The position numbers and the translations under genes were made by a program. The notes under the pieces are model-generated. The model was not told the DNA's origin. It searched no databases and worked only from the letters and a program-made list of their open reading frames with translations. DNA of 64,000 nucleotides from Candidatus Sericytochromatia bacterium (lineage in GTDB: Bacteria; Cyanobacteriota; Sericytochromatia; S15B-MN24; UBA4093), in assembly GCA_036676985.1 (NCBI GenBank), contig JAKFBU010000027.1, positions 233,354-297,353 on the forward strand, read 5' to 3'. Below are positions 19,579 through 28,388 of the stretch, piece after piece; positions within the stretch are counted from its first letter, which is position 1, and each line of letters opens with the position of its first letter.

Positions 19579-20847
19579 TGTATAGACCGGACACATGGGT
19601 AACAGGTGTTCGGGGACATGGGTAACACTTACCCATCCACTCTGAGGTCTACTTCTGCCACCCGTTGGTGGCAGAAGTAGACCTCGAATCTTCCGTCATC
19701 CAGGGTGGGGCGCAGGGCTACGGGCAGCCCCTTGAAAGCAATGCCCACCTTATGAATTCGGTTCTTGTAATGGATTTCGCCCTTCTGCTGGACCTTACGC
19801 ACGATATCGTCCGGACCGTATTCGATGGGCGGTAGCTGCTCGGGGTAGTCACGCCAACTCACCCGGTAGCGGCTTCCCGGGACGTCCATGTTCAAGGCCG
19901 AGTGCGGGCGTTCGTAGTTGTAGACGTGCAGCCACTCGTCAAAGTGGTACTGGCAGTGTTTCAGGTCTCTAAAGCTACGGTTGTTAAGGACTTCCGCCTT
20001 GAGCGTCCGGTGGAAGCGCTCGTCCTTTCCCTGCGTCTGGGGGTGGAAAGGCCGAGAATGACTCACACGGATACCCAGCCGCATGAGCCATACCGTGAAG
20101 GCCGTGTAGTCATGCATCCCAGAGGATCCCCAAGGCGGCCCATTGTCCATGGACATCCTGTCGGGGAGACCATATCGCCGGAAGGCCTCGGTTAAGCGGG
20201 ATTGGACCGTGCCTCCCTTTTCGTTTGGGCACGCCTCGAGGACCAAGGCGTAGCGCGAGTGGTCGTCTAGAACCGTCAGGGGATGGCATTTGCCTTCCCC
20301 CGTCTCGAAGTAGCCTTTGAAATCCATCTGCCAGAGTTGGTTGGGAGCCTTGTGCTCGAAACGTTGCCAAGGCTTGTGCTTCTTGGCTTCCTTGGGGTCG
20401 AGAAGACCATGCTTACGGAGGATCTCGGTGATCGTCGAAGCCGCGGGCACCCCTTCTACCCCTAGCTTGATCAAGCGAGACCTGAGCAATCGCCCACCCC
20501 AAGCAGGGTGTGCCTGACGTAGCGTCAGGATTCGCTCCACTACTGCATCAGGCGTCTGCTTGGGTGACGAATGGGGACGTCTAGTTCGGTCTTCTAGACC
20601 GCTCAGTCCAGCTTCTTTGAAGCGATGGAGCCACTTGTAGGCTGTCTTCGGGGCGATTCCAAAGCGTCGACAAAGTTGAGAGATATTAGCCCCCGGGGCA
20701 CTGGCCAGGAGCACGAACTCGGTTCGCAAAGACATGGTTGAAACCTCTCGCCATGGCATCGATCGTCCTCCTTCTTGGAAGACGATCGTGCCTCAGAGTG
20801 TTACCCATGTCTCCGAACGAGTGTTACCTATGTCCCCGGTCTATACA
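19579..20847 (-). mobile_element. IS481-family insertion sequence, apparently intact
   Basis: TGTATAGACCGG...CCGGTCTATACA ends; internal repeated ACATGGGTAACA sites; 5-bp target duplication GCAGG. Confidence 0.95.
19629..20759 (-). CDS. IS481 DDE transposase
   Basis: HTH, WQMDFKG, DDHSRY, DNG, QGKDERFHRT, RPHSAL. Confidence 0.95.
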   Translation of the reverse strand: MPWREVSTMSLRTEFVLLASAPGANISQLCRRFGIAPKTAYKWLHRFKEAGLSGLEDRTRRPHSSPKQTPDAVVERILTLRQAHPAWGGRLLRSRLIKLGVEGVPAASTITEILRKHGLLDPKEAKKHKPWQRFEHKAPNQLWQMDFKGYFETGEGKCHPLTVLDDHSRYALVLEACPNEKGGTVQSRLTEAFRRYGLPDRMSMDNGPPWGSSGMHDYTAFTVWLMRLGIRVSHSRPFHPQTQGKDERFHRTLKAEVLNNRSFRDLKHCQYHFDEWLHVYNYERPHSALNMDVPGSRYRVSWRDYPEQLPPIEYGPDDIVRKVQQKGEIHYKNRIHKVGIAFKGLPVALRPTLDDGRFEVYFCHQRVAEVDLRVDG

Positions 20848-20878
20848 GCAGGGGGGGAAGGGGGGGTGGTAACTCGGT

Positions 20879-21349
20879 TCAGGGCAACTTCGGCTGCACC
20901 GGCCGCGGCACCTCGGGGTTCACCTCGAGCAACCGCACCTCGTCCCCCACCCGCATGGTGCCGCCCACCACCACCCGGGCCAGCTGCCCGCGCCGGCCCC
21001 AGCTCTCCTTGAGCAACCCCGGGCGGATCCGGTTGACCTTCGAGCAGGGCACGCACGTCATCGTCAGCTCCACCACCACCTCGGGCCCGAGCGCGATCCG
21101 CTGCCCCGGCGGCAAGGTCTCCAGGGGAATCCCCGCCACCAGGACGTTCTCCTTCAGCGCTCCCGGCGCAAGTCCCAGCGCCTCCCGGTCCGCGTCATCC
21201 AGCAAGAGCACCTGGCGCTTGCCGCCTGCCCGCTTCATGAAGTGGCGATCGCCCACCAGGCCCCGCTCCGCCACCGCCTCGGCCACCGCCACCGGCGTCA
21301 CGGGCGTCTCGCGCTCCATGGCCAGGTGCAGCCCCACGATCTCCGCCAT
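20879..21349 (-). CDS. MOSC-domain protein
   Basis: GLVGDRH, RQVLL, ENV, CVPC, GGTMRVGD. Confidence 0.85.
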   Translation of the reverse strand: MAEIVGLHLAMERETPVTPVAVAEAVAERGLVGDRHFMKRAGGKRQVLLLDDADREALGLAPGALKENVLVAGIPLETLPPGQRIALGPEVVVELTMTCVPCSKVNRIRPGLLKESWGRRGQLARVVVGGTMRVGDEVRLLEVNPEVPRPVQPKLP

Positions 21350-21352
21350 CCG

Positions 21353-22516
21353 CTACTCCTTGATCCGGCCGTACTTGCGCATGACGTCCTTCAGGCGATC
21401 GAGCGGCAAGGCGAAGACCTTGTTCCCATCCCGTCCCTCGGTCGTCGTGGCCATGGTCAGCGCGTTGCCGATGGCCTCCTCGACGGCCTCGGCCGTCGCC
21501 TCGAAGAGGGGCGTGAGGTGCGTGTTGTCGTAGGCCGTGATGGCCATGGTGGGCTCGTCCGGATAGTGCGGCACCACCGTCGCCGTCGAGAAGGCGAGCA
21601 TGAAGTCCCCAGAGCTGTGCGCCGCCGGGCTGCCCGTCCGTGCGAGCCCCATGGCCGCGCGCTTGGCCACCCGCTGGAGCTGATGAGGCAAGAGGGGCGC
21701 GTCGGTCGCCACGATGGCGATAATCGAGCCCTCGCCAGGCTTGCGGAGGGGCATGAGATCGGAGATCTCGCGACCCACGGGCACCCCGTCGATGCGCAGG
21801 GCCGAGCGTGCGCCCATGTTGCAGTTCACGAGCACGCCCACCGTGTAGCCGCCGGCGTCTTTCGGCAGCACCCGGCTCGCGGAGCCGATGCCCCCCTTGA
21901 AGCGGTAGCTCACCATGCCCGTGCCCGCCCCCACGGCTCCCTCGGCCACCGGCCCGGTCTTGGCGCCCTCGATGGCCGCGAGCACGTCCTGCGGCTGCAC
22001 GTGCCGCCCTCGCTGGTCGTTGAGGAAGGAGTCGTCGCACTCGGCCACCACCGGGAGGACCACGTCGTCGGTGATGCCCATCTGGGGATAGCGCTTCGCC
22101 ATCCAGGTGACGACGGCGTCCGAGACCTTGCCGACGCTCAGGGTGTCCGTGAGCAGGATCGGCGTCTCCAGCCAGCCTGCCTCGTTGATCCAGCTGAGGC
22201 CCGTCATTTCACCGTTGCCGTTGAGGACGAAGCCGCCGGCGAAGACCTTCTTGTTCCAGACGTCGTCGCGGGGCACGATGGCCGTCACGCCCGTGCGCAC
22301 GGGGCCCTGGCCGGGCACGAGCTTGCCCGAGCCGCGGTTCAGCGTGACCTGGCCAACCTTGACGCCGGCCACGTCCGTGATGGCGTTCCAGCGGCCGGTC
22401 GGATACTGGCCGATGGCGACGCCGAGCTCGCGCAGGCGCTGGCGCGGGGGCTCGGCCGCGAGGGCCGAGGTCGATAGGGTGACGAGGGCGAGGGCAGCGA
22501 CGGCGATGCGGGACAT
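21353..22516 (-). CDS. Secreted DmpA/P1 (S58) aminopeptidase
   Basis: NAITDVAGVKVG, RTGVT, VGAGTGM, EGSII autoprocessing site, SGD. Confidence 0.9.
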   Translation of the reverse strand: MSRIAVAALALVTLSTSALAAEPPRQRLRELGVAIGQYPTGRWNAITDVAGVKVGQVTLNRGSGKLVPGQGPVRTGVTAIVPRDDVWNKKVFAGGFVLNGNGEMTGLSWINEAGWLETPILLTDTLSVGKVSDAVVTWMAKRYPQMGITDDVVLPVVAECDDSFLNDQRGRHVQPQDVLAAIEGAKTGPVAEGAVGAGTGMVSYRFKGGIGSASRVLPKDAGGYTVGVLVNCNMGARSALRIDGVPVGREISDLMPLRKPGEGSIIAIVATDAPLLPHQLQRVAKRAAMGLARTGSPAAHSSGDFMLAFSTATVVPHYPDEPTMAITAYDNTHLTPLFEATAEAVEEAIGNALTMATTTEGRDGNKVFALPLDRLKDVMRKYGRIKE

Positions 22517-22626
22517 GGAAGCTCCTCCAGGCAGGCGTGCAGCTTCCAAGGTGCGACAGCGGACATTGCCTGTCAAGCGCGGGATGCAGGGCCGGCCCGG
22601 CGGGGTAAGATGGAAGCGGAGGACGT

Positions 22627-24351
22627 ATGGCCGACGCCACGATACAGGGAATCAAGGCCTTTCAGGCCGGTCGCTACGCGGAGGCGATCGTCGCCTTCGG
22701 CCACGCCCTCCAGGCCCATCCCGAGGATCCCAAGCTCCACCTGCTCCTGGGCCGGGCCTACCACCACAATGCCCAGTTCGCGCTCGCGCAGGCGCACTAC
22801 GAAGCGGCGATCGCCGCCACCGAGAACCCGAGCCTCGTCGCGGTCGCCCAGCAGGGCCTGGACATGGCCGTCCGCCAGACCGTGCCCACGGCCCCCCAGG
22901 CCGCTCCCGCCCCGCCGCAGCTTCCCGCGCGACCCCGGGCCGATCGGCTCGTCTGCCCCGCCTGCGGCGAGGCGCTGCCCGCGGGCGCGTGCGTCTGCGG
23001 GTTCGCCGTCGCCGATCCCGAGCGCCTCGGCCTGGACCTGGTGCATGCCTTCAGCGCCCGCCACGAGGTGCTCGTCGTCGTCCGCAAGGGCCTGGACCAC
23101 TACCTCATCGACCCGGATCAGGTGCGCTACCGGTCCGGAGGCGACAGGCTCCACCCGGTGGATGCCCGGCTGGTCTTTCCCCCGGTCCACGGCGTGCCCG
23201 CTCTCTGGGAGTACGAGCTCTCCCCCCTCCAGTCGCCCGGCCTCAAGGTCATGCTCTCCCCCATGCCGGGCAAGCCGGGTCAGAACCGCCTCCTCAGCTT
23301 CGAGGCGTTCGCGGCCGAGGTGGCGGCCATGCTCGGCCAGGAGGCGCCGATCCCGCTGCCTCCGTTCGATGCCGCCGCCCTCTACCGCCGCTGCAAGCTC
23401 CTGCCCAAGGGCGAGCTCGTCCGGATCCAGTCCGTCGCCGACCACTGGGGCATGACCTTCGGGCAAGCCCTCATGAAGTCGAGCCAGAGCCCGCCCCGCC
23501 TCCTGCTTCAGGCGATGCTCGGGGAGGACGTGATCTTCCGGCCCACCAACCGCATGTCCAACAGCCTGGCAGGCGCGCTGCTCGCCGACGGCCTGATCTC
23601 GCCCGAGACGGTGACGGACCTGCTCGCGCGGCAGGTCGAGTACCCGCGGAGCATGGCGCAGTTGGTGCTCTCGGCCATGGGCCTCCAGGAGGCGGACGTC
23701 GCCCCCTACCTCGAGTCGCTCCGCGCCCAGCGCCCGGTGCGACCGGTGCGCGATCGCCTCGGTGAGCTGCTCGTCGCCCAGGGCGCCATTTCCCGCGCTC
23801 AGCTCGACGAGGCCCTGATTCAGGCCAGGGGCCGCTCGGAACTCCTGGGCTCGGTACTGGAGACCCTGGGGACCCCGCGCAAGGCCATCGACCGGGCCCT
23901 GCACCACCAGCGGGTCAAGGATCAGCTGCGCTTCGGCGGGCAGGTCCGGCTCGGAGAGATCCTGGTCAAGCGGGGGGTCATCAGCCGGCAGCAGCTCCTG
24001 GAGGCCCTCGTCGAGCAGATCGACCAGCCGTTGCCCCTGGGCGAGCTCTTGATCCAGCGGGGCTCGGCCACGCCCGAGCAGGTCTACCTGGCCCTCTGCC
24101 AGCAGGAGACCACCCTCGACGCCTTCGTCCGCATCGAGGTCGACCTGGAGGGCAAGGACGAGGCCCCCTCGTCGGGAAACGTGCTCAGCTTCTCCATCGA
24201 CCTGGACAAGGAGAAAGAGCGCCTGGGCTCGCTGTTCGGCAACTTGAAGCAGGGCTTCCAGAGCGGGCTCAAGGAGGTCCGGACCGCCTTCCAGGCCATC
24301 CAGGAAGCCTCCGCCGTGCCCCCCGGCAAAGAGGGGATTGACAACTTTTAG
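22627..24351 (+). CDS. TPR + zinc ribbon + MshEN-like repeat protein
   Basis: N-terminal TPRs; CPAC...CVC; RLGELLV..GAISRAQLDEAL, RLGEILV..GVISRQQLLEAL, PLGELLI; no ATPase domain. Confidence 0.7.
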   Translation: MADATIQGIKAFQAGRYAEAIVAFGHALQAHPEDPKLHLLLGRAYHHNAQFALAQAHYEAAIAATENPSLVAVAQQGLDMAVRQTVPTAPQAAPAPPQLPARPRADRLVCPACGEALPAGACVCGFAVADPERLGLDLVHAFSARHEVLVVVRKGLDHYLIDPDQVRYRSGGDRLHPVDARLVFPPVHGVPALWEYELSPLQSPGLKVMLSPMPGKPGQNRLLSFEAFAAEVAAMLGQEAPIPLPPFDAAALYRRCKLLPKGELVRIQSVADHWGMTFGQALMKSSQSPPRLLLQAMLGEDVIFRPTNRMSNSLAGALLADGLISPETVTDLLARQVEYPRSMAQLVLSAMGLQEADVAPYLESLRAQRPVRPVRDRLGELLVAQGAISRAQLDEALIQARGRSELLGSVLETLGTPRKAIDRALHHQRVKDQLRFGGQVRLGEILVKRGVISRQQLLEALVEQIDQPLPLGELLIQRGSATPEQVYLALCQQETTLDAFVRIEVDLEGKDEAPSSGNVLSFSIDLDKEKERLGSLFGNLKQGFQSGLKEVRTAFQAIQEASAVPPGKEGIDNF

Positions 24352-24365
24352 AATTAGTCTAAAAT
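24338..24365 (+). promoter_or_regulatory. Promoter with ICE/Irr-box-like operator
   Basis: TTGACA-16bp-TAAAAT with TTTTAGAATTAGTCTAAAA (24346-24364) overlapping the spacer and -10. Confidence 0.75.
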
Positions 24366-24372
24366 GAGATCT

Positions 24373-24795
24373 ATGAAAGCACAGGGAATCGAGAAGCATC
24401 ACATCGAGCAGGAGCTCCGCGACAAGGGCATCCAGCCCACCGCGCAGCGGGTCGAGGTGCTGTTCCACCTGCGCACCGGCTGTCACCACACGGCCGACGA
24501 GCTCTACGAGATCCTCAACGAGGAATTCTCCAAGGTCTCGCGCGCCACGGTCTACAACACGCTCAACCTCCTGAAGGACCATGGCCTCATCGGCGAGGTG
24601 GTCGTCGAACCGGGCAAGTCCATCTTCGATGCCAACGCGCATGCCCACTACCACTTTTACAACGTCGACACCAAGGAGCTCATCGACATCCCCGCCGACC
24701 AGATCTGCGTGACCTGCCTGCCGGGTTACCCCGCGGGCAAGGAGTTCCTCGGCGCCGACGTGATCATCCGCATCGGCGAGCCGGCGAGCGAGTAG
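24373..24795 (+). CDS. Fur-family regulator, Irr-like
   Basis: TAQR, HHTADELY, SRATVYNTL, HAHYHFYNVDTKELIDI; lacks the paired structural CxxC sites of Fur/PerR. Confidence 0.85.
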   Translation: MKAQGIEKHHIEQELRDKGIQPTAQRVEVLFHLRTGCHHTADELYEILNEEFSKVSRATVYNTLNLLKDHGLIGEVVVEPGKSIFDANAHAHYHFYNVDTKELIDIPADQICVTCLPGYPAGKEFLGADVIIRIGEPASE

Positions 24796-24809
24796 TTTTT
24801 TTTGCCCCT

Positions 24810-24830
24810 GACTTAGACTTTGTCTAGGTC
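24810..24830 (+). promoter_or_regulatory. Second ICE-like operator
   Basis: GACTTAGACTTTGTCTAGGTC dyad sharing the TTAGAnTnnGTCTA core. Confidence 0.6.
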
Positions 24831-24859
24831 TATACGGTATCTACACAGGGAGTGTTACG

Positions 24860-24994
24860 ATGTATGAAGACCTCTACAACGAGGCGATGGTTCACTTTGC
24901 GTGTACCGGCTGTCAATCGATGAGCGATGCGGACGGGGACGAGCCCGTCGCAGGAAGGGACGCCAACGCATGGAACGATTCGATCTCATCGTGA
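24860..24994 (+). CDS. Small acidic CxxC peptide (44 aa)
   Basis: MYEDLYNEAMVHFACTGCQSMSDADGDEPVAGRDANAWNDSISS; AGGGAG RBS; overlaps the next start codon. Confidence 0.5.
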   Translation: MYEDLYNEAMVHFACTGCQSMSDADGDEPVAGRDANAWNDSISS

Positions 24995-26451
24995 TCGGCG
25001 CGGGGAGCGCGGGCTTTGCCGCCGCCCGCGTCGCGGCCTCCGATCTCGGCGCTAGGGTGGCGTTGGTCGACAAGGGTCCCCTGGGCGGGCTGTGCATCCT
25101 GGCCGGCTGCATGCCCTCGAAGGCGCTCATCCAGTCGTCGAACGCCGCGCACCTGGTCGCGAAGTCCCAGGAGTTCGGGATCGTCGGGGCGACGGGCAAG
25201 CCGGACTTCCAGGCCATCATGGCCCGCAAGGACCGGCTCATCAAGGGCTTTGCGGACTACCGCACCGAGAGCATCGAGTCCCTGCCGAACACGGAGCTCG
25301 TCTTGGGCGCGGCACGCTTCATCGACCAAAAGACCATCCAGGTGGGCGATCGCACCCTCACGGCGCCGAAGTTCATCCTGGCTCTCGGCTCGACGCCCAT
25401 GATCCCGCCCATTCCGGGGCTGCGCGAGACGGGCTTCATGTTGAGCGACCAAGCGCTGAGCCTGGAGACCCAGCCCGAATCCCTCGTCATCATCGGTGGC
25501 GGCATCATCGCCCTGGAAGCGGGGCAATTCTACGCCCGGATCGGTACCAAGGTCACGATCCTGGAGGCCGCGCCACGGCTGATCGCCCGAGAGGACGAGG
25601 ACGTCTCCGAGGTGATCACCCACCGCCTGCGGCAAGAAGGTGTCGACGTCTACACGGGCATCAAGCCGCTATCCGTCGAGCGACGGGGCGACCTCAAGGT
25701 CGTCCGCTTCCAGACATCCGCCGGCCAGAGCACCGAGGTCGCGGGCACGGATCTCTTGGTGACGACGGGGCGCGAGCCGAACGTCAAGAGCCTGGACCTC
25801 GAGAAGGCGGGCGTTCGGATGGAGGGCCGGCGCATGGTGCTCGATCGCTGCATGCGCACGACCAACCCCGACGTCTATGCCGCGGGTGATGTGACGGGCG
25901 GGTCTTATCTGGTGCATGTGGCGATCGCGGACGGCGAGCTCGCGGCGCGCAACGCCCTGATGGGCTGTGCGCCCACGCCGGCGGCCGAGCACCTGTTCAT
26001 CTCGGCGGCCTTCACCGAGCCCAACATCGCCCGGGTGGGGCTCTCGGAGCTGGAGGCCAAGCAGCTGGGGCGCGAGGTCCTGGTGGGGCGGTACCGGTTC
26101 CGGGACCACGGCAAGGCCGAGATCCTGGACGAGACGGACGGCTTCGTGAAGCTGATCGCCGATCCGCGCACGGGTGAGATCCTGGGGGCGACCATCGTGG
26201 GTCCGCACGGCGCGGAGCTCATCCACGAGATGGCGTGCGCCATCACCTTCCGGGCGACGGTCGAGCAGTTCCTCAAGGTGCCGCACGTGCACCCGACCCT
26301 CGCCGAGATCCTCACCTACCCGGCCGAGGAGATCATGGAGCTGATGCGCACCCGCGCCCGGGTCCAGAGCACCCTTTACCCTTCCGGCTACAACGACCAG
26401 GACGAGGAGTCCGCGTTCGAGGTGCAGGCCAAGAAAGGAGCCAACGCATGA
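24970..26451 (+). CDS. Class I pyridine nucleotide-disulfide oxidoreductase (Lpd/MerA/RclA-like)
   Basis: GAGSAG, GGLCILAGCMPSK, GGGIIALE, AAGD, HPTLAE; no MerA C-terminal CC. Confidence 0.9.
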   Translation: MERFDLIVIGAGSAGFAAARVAASDLGARVALVDKGPLGGLCILAGCMPSKALIQSSNAAHLVAKSQEFGIVGATGKPDFQAIMARKDRLIKGFADYRTESIESLPNTELVLGAARFIDQKTIQVGDRTLTAPKFILALGSTPMIPPIPGLRETGFMLSDQALSLETQPESLVIIGGGIIALEAGQFYARIGTKVTILEAAPRLIAREDEDVSEVITHRLRQEGVDVYTGIKPLSVERRGDLKVVRFQTSAGQSTEVAGTDLLVTTGREPNVKSLDLEKAGVRMEGRRMVLDRCMRTTNPDVYAAGDVTGGSYLVHVAIADGELAARNALMGCAPTPAAEHLFISAAFTEPNIARVGLSELEAKQLGREVLVGRYRFRDHGKAEILDETDGFVKLIADPRTGEILGATIVGPHGAELIHEMACAITFRATVEQFLKVPHVHPTLAEILTYPAEEIMELMRTRARVQSTLYPSGYNDQDEESAFEVQAKKGANA

Positions 26452-26690
26452 TGAAGCTTTACCAGTTCGAGGGCTGTCCCTACTGCAAGATGGTGCGGGA
26501 GAAGCTCTCGGAGTTGCAGATCACCTACATCAACGTCAACGTTCCCCGCGACAAGAGCCGGCGCCAGGAGGTCATCCAGGTCTCGGGGCAGCCGTCGGTG
26601 CCGGTCCTGGTGGACGGGGACACGGTGCTCGACGACGAGGAGAAGATCCTGCCGTATCTGATGGAGAAGTACGGAGCGGCCAAGGTCTAG
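26448..26690 (+). CDS. Glutaredoxin-like protein
   Basis: CPYC active site; SVPVLVDG; AAGGAG RBS; ATGA overlap with the upstream stop. Confidence 0.9.
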   Translation: MMKLYQFEGCPYCKMVREKLSELQITYINVNVPRDKSRRQEVIQVSGQPSVPVLVDGDTVLDDEEKILPYLMEKYGAAKV

Positions 26691-26764
26691 GTCCTTTGCC
26701 CCTCGCCGGATCCGGCGAGGGGCGTTATCATGGGGCGTCTTCCCGCTATCGATTCGAGGCCCCC

Positions 26765-26998
26765 ATGGCACAGTGCCCGGAATGCACCTACGACGTCCCC
26801 GCCGGCTCGCCGGTCTGCTCGACCTGCGGGGCGAACATGCCCGTGGGTGACAGCGAGGCGCCGGCGGGTAAGACGGCCTCCAAGGGGATGGACGAGATGC
26901 TCCTGCGGGGGGTGATCGGGTTTCTGATCGTGTGCGTCTTGGGGGCGGCCGCTTTCACGGTCTATTCCATCTTCGCGCAGATCCTGACCAAGCCATAA
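26765..26998 (+). CDS. Zinc-ribbon membrane protein
   Basis: CPEC...CSTC plus a C-terminal TM helix. Confidence 0.65.
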   Translation: MAQCPECTYDVPAGSPVCSTCGANMPVGDSEAPAGKTASKGMDEMLLRGVIGFLIVCVLGAAAFTVYSIFAQILTKP

Positions 26999-27003
26999 GG
27001 AAC

Positions 27004-27037
27004 CCGTTCGCCTTTCGACCTGGCTCAAGACGAACGG
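27004..27037. repeat. REP-like palindrome, copy A
   Basis: CCGTTCGCCTTTCGACCTGGCTCAAGACGAACGG; reverse-complement homolog at 45354-45387. Confidence 0.75.
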
Positions 27038-27061
27038 TTCCTTATTCCCTCGTCGTGGCGC

Positions 27062-28327
27062 TCACCTCAGCCCCTGAGCCTCCAGGTGCTTCTCCTCGAA
27101 CCGGGCGATTCGCGGGTTGAGGGAGGCCACGATCCCGACCAGGGCCACGCACGCCAGCCCGCCTAGCGTCACCGCCGGCCCCGCGCCCAGGAACTGCGCG
27201 ACCACCCCCGCCTCGAACTCGCCGAGCTGGTTGCCCGACACCGCAAAGAAGTAATTCACCCCGCCGATCCGGCCGCGCATCTCCTCGGGCGTCAACAGCT
27301 GGCGAATGCTCTGCCGCATGGTCATGCTGATGGTGTCGGCCACCCCCGTCAGCGCCAGCATGGCCCACGACAGCCACATGTGCCGCGACCAGCCGAAGAC
27401 CGCCGTTGCAAGACCGTAGACCAGGATGGTCACGAGCACCACCCGCCCCGGATGCCGCGGCCGTCGCAACAGCGTCACGCCCGCCGCCCCGATCATCGCG
27501 CCCAGCGCCGGCGCCGAGGACAAGAGGCCCAGCCCCTGCGGGCCCACCTGCAGGATGTCGCGCGCGAACACCGGCAAGAGCAGGAGCGATCCGCCGAACA
27601 AAACGGCGAAGAAGTCCAGGAGCATCAGGGACAGGATGATGCTCTCGCGGCGCAGGAAGGAGAAGCCCTCCTTCAGGCGGCGCATCGCGGCGGCAGCCGA
27701 GCGATCGTCCAGTACATGCTCCGCGAAGGCCTGAGAAGGCCGCACCATCAGGAGGACGACGAGGACCGCCAGGAAGGACGTCGCATCCACCATGTAGGCG
27801 ACGCCCACTCCCCACCCCCCGATGATGAGGCCGCCGAGCGCCGGACCGAGCACGCCCGCCAGGCTCCACGAGAGGTTGTTCAGCGTGATGGCGTTGGTCA
27901 TCATGCCGCGCGGCACCAGCGACGGCACGATGGCCGAGTGCGTCGGACCGTCGATGCTCGAGGCCGTGGCCATCAAGAGGATGATGAGGTAGAGCATCCA
28001 GACCGAAGCCGTGCCCGTCAGGGCGAGCCCCGCCAGGAGGGCCGAAAAGGCGAGCAGCAGCGTCTGCGTGATGATCAGCAGCCTGCGCCGGTCCATGCTG
28101 TCCGCGAGCACCCCGCCGAACAGGGAGAACAGGATGACGGGCGCGGCCTTGATGAGCCCGATGAGCCCCAAGCTCAGGGGCTGGTTGGTCAGGAGATAGA
28201 CCTGCCAGGCCAGGGCCACGGTGGTCATCTCACCGCCCAGCTTGGACAGGGTGTTGCCGATCCAGTAGAGGCGAAAGTCGCGCACCTGGAGGGACTGGAA
28301 GGCGTCGGGATTGATCAGTCGGTTCAT
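27062..28327 (-). CDS. MFS transporter (DHA3/EntS-like)
   Basis: Multiple TM segments; GGVLADSMDRRRLL; PEEMRGR. Confidence 0.9.
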   Translation of the reverse strand: MNRLINPDAFQSLQVRDFRLYWIGNTLSKLGGEMTTVALAWQVYLLTNQPLSLGLIGLIKAAPVILFSLFGGVLADSMDRRRLLIITQTLLLAFSALLAGLALTGTASVWMLYLIILLMATASSIDGPTHSAIVPSLVPRGMMTNAITLNNLSWSLAGVLGPALGGLIIGGWGVGVAYMVDATSFLAVLVVLLMVRPSQAFAEHVLDDRSAAAAMRRLKEGFSFLRRESIILSLMLLDFFAVLFGGSLLLLPVFARDILQVGPQGLGLLSSAPALGAMIGAAGVTLLRRPRHPGRVVLVTILVYGLATAVFGWSRHMWLSWAMLALTGVADTISMTMRQSIRQLLTPEEMRGRIGGVNYFFAVSGNQLGEFEAGVVAQFLGAGPAVTLGGLACVALVGIVASLNPRIARFEEKHLEAQGLR

Positions 28328-28388
28328 CTGAAAGCCTGGTATGCTCTAGTCGGGAAGACCGTCACTCCCCTGGGATCTAGAGTACGCG

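Larger units (their letters stand above)
19445..20867. repeat. REP-like long inverted repeat whose right arm is interrupted by IS481
   Basis: Left arm ACCCCCCCTTCCCCCCCTGCCTCGCAAGGGGGGC; right arm GCCCCCCTTGCGAAGCAGG|IS|GGGGGAAGGGGGGGT; about 34 bp with 1 mismatch after removing the IS. Confidence 0.75.

Noticed and set aside
24970-26451. Mercuric reductase MerA
   Set aside because: Lacks the C-terminal Cys-Cys pair and mer operon context
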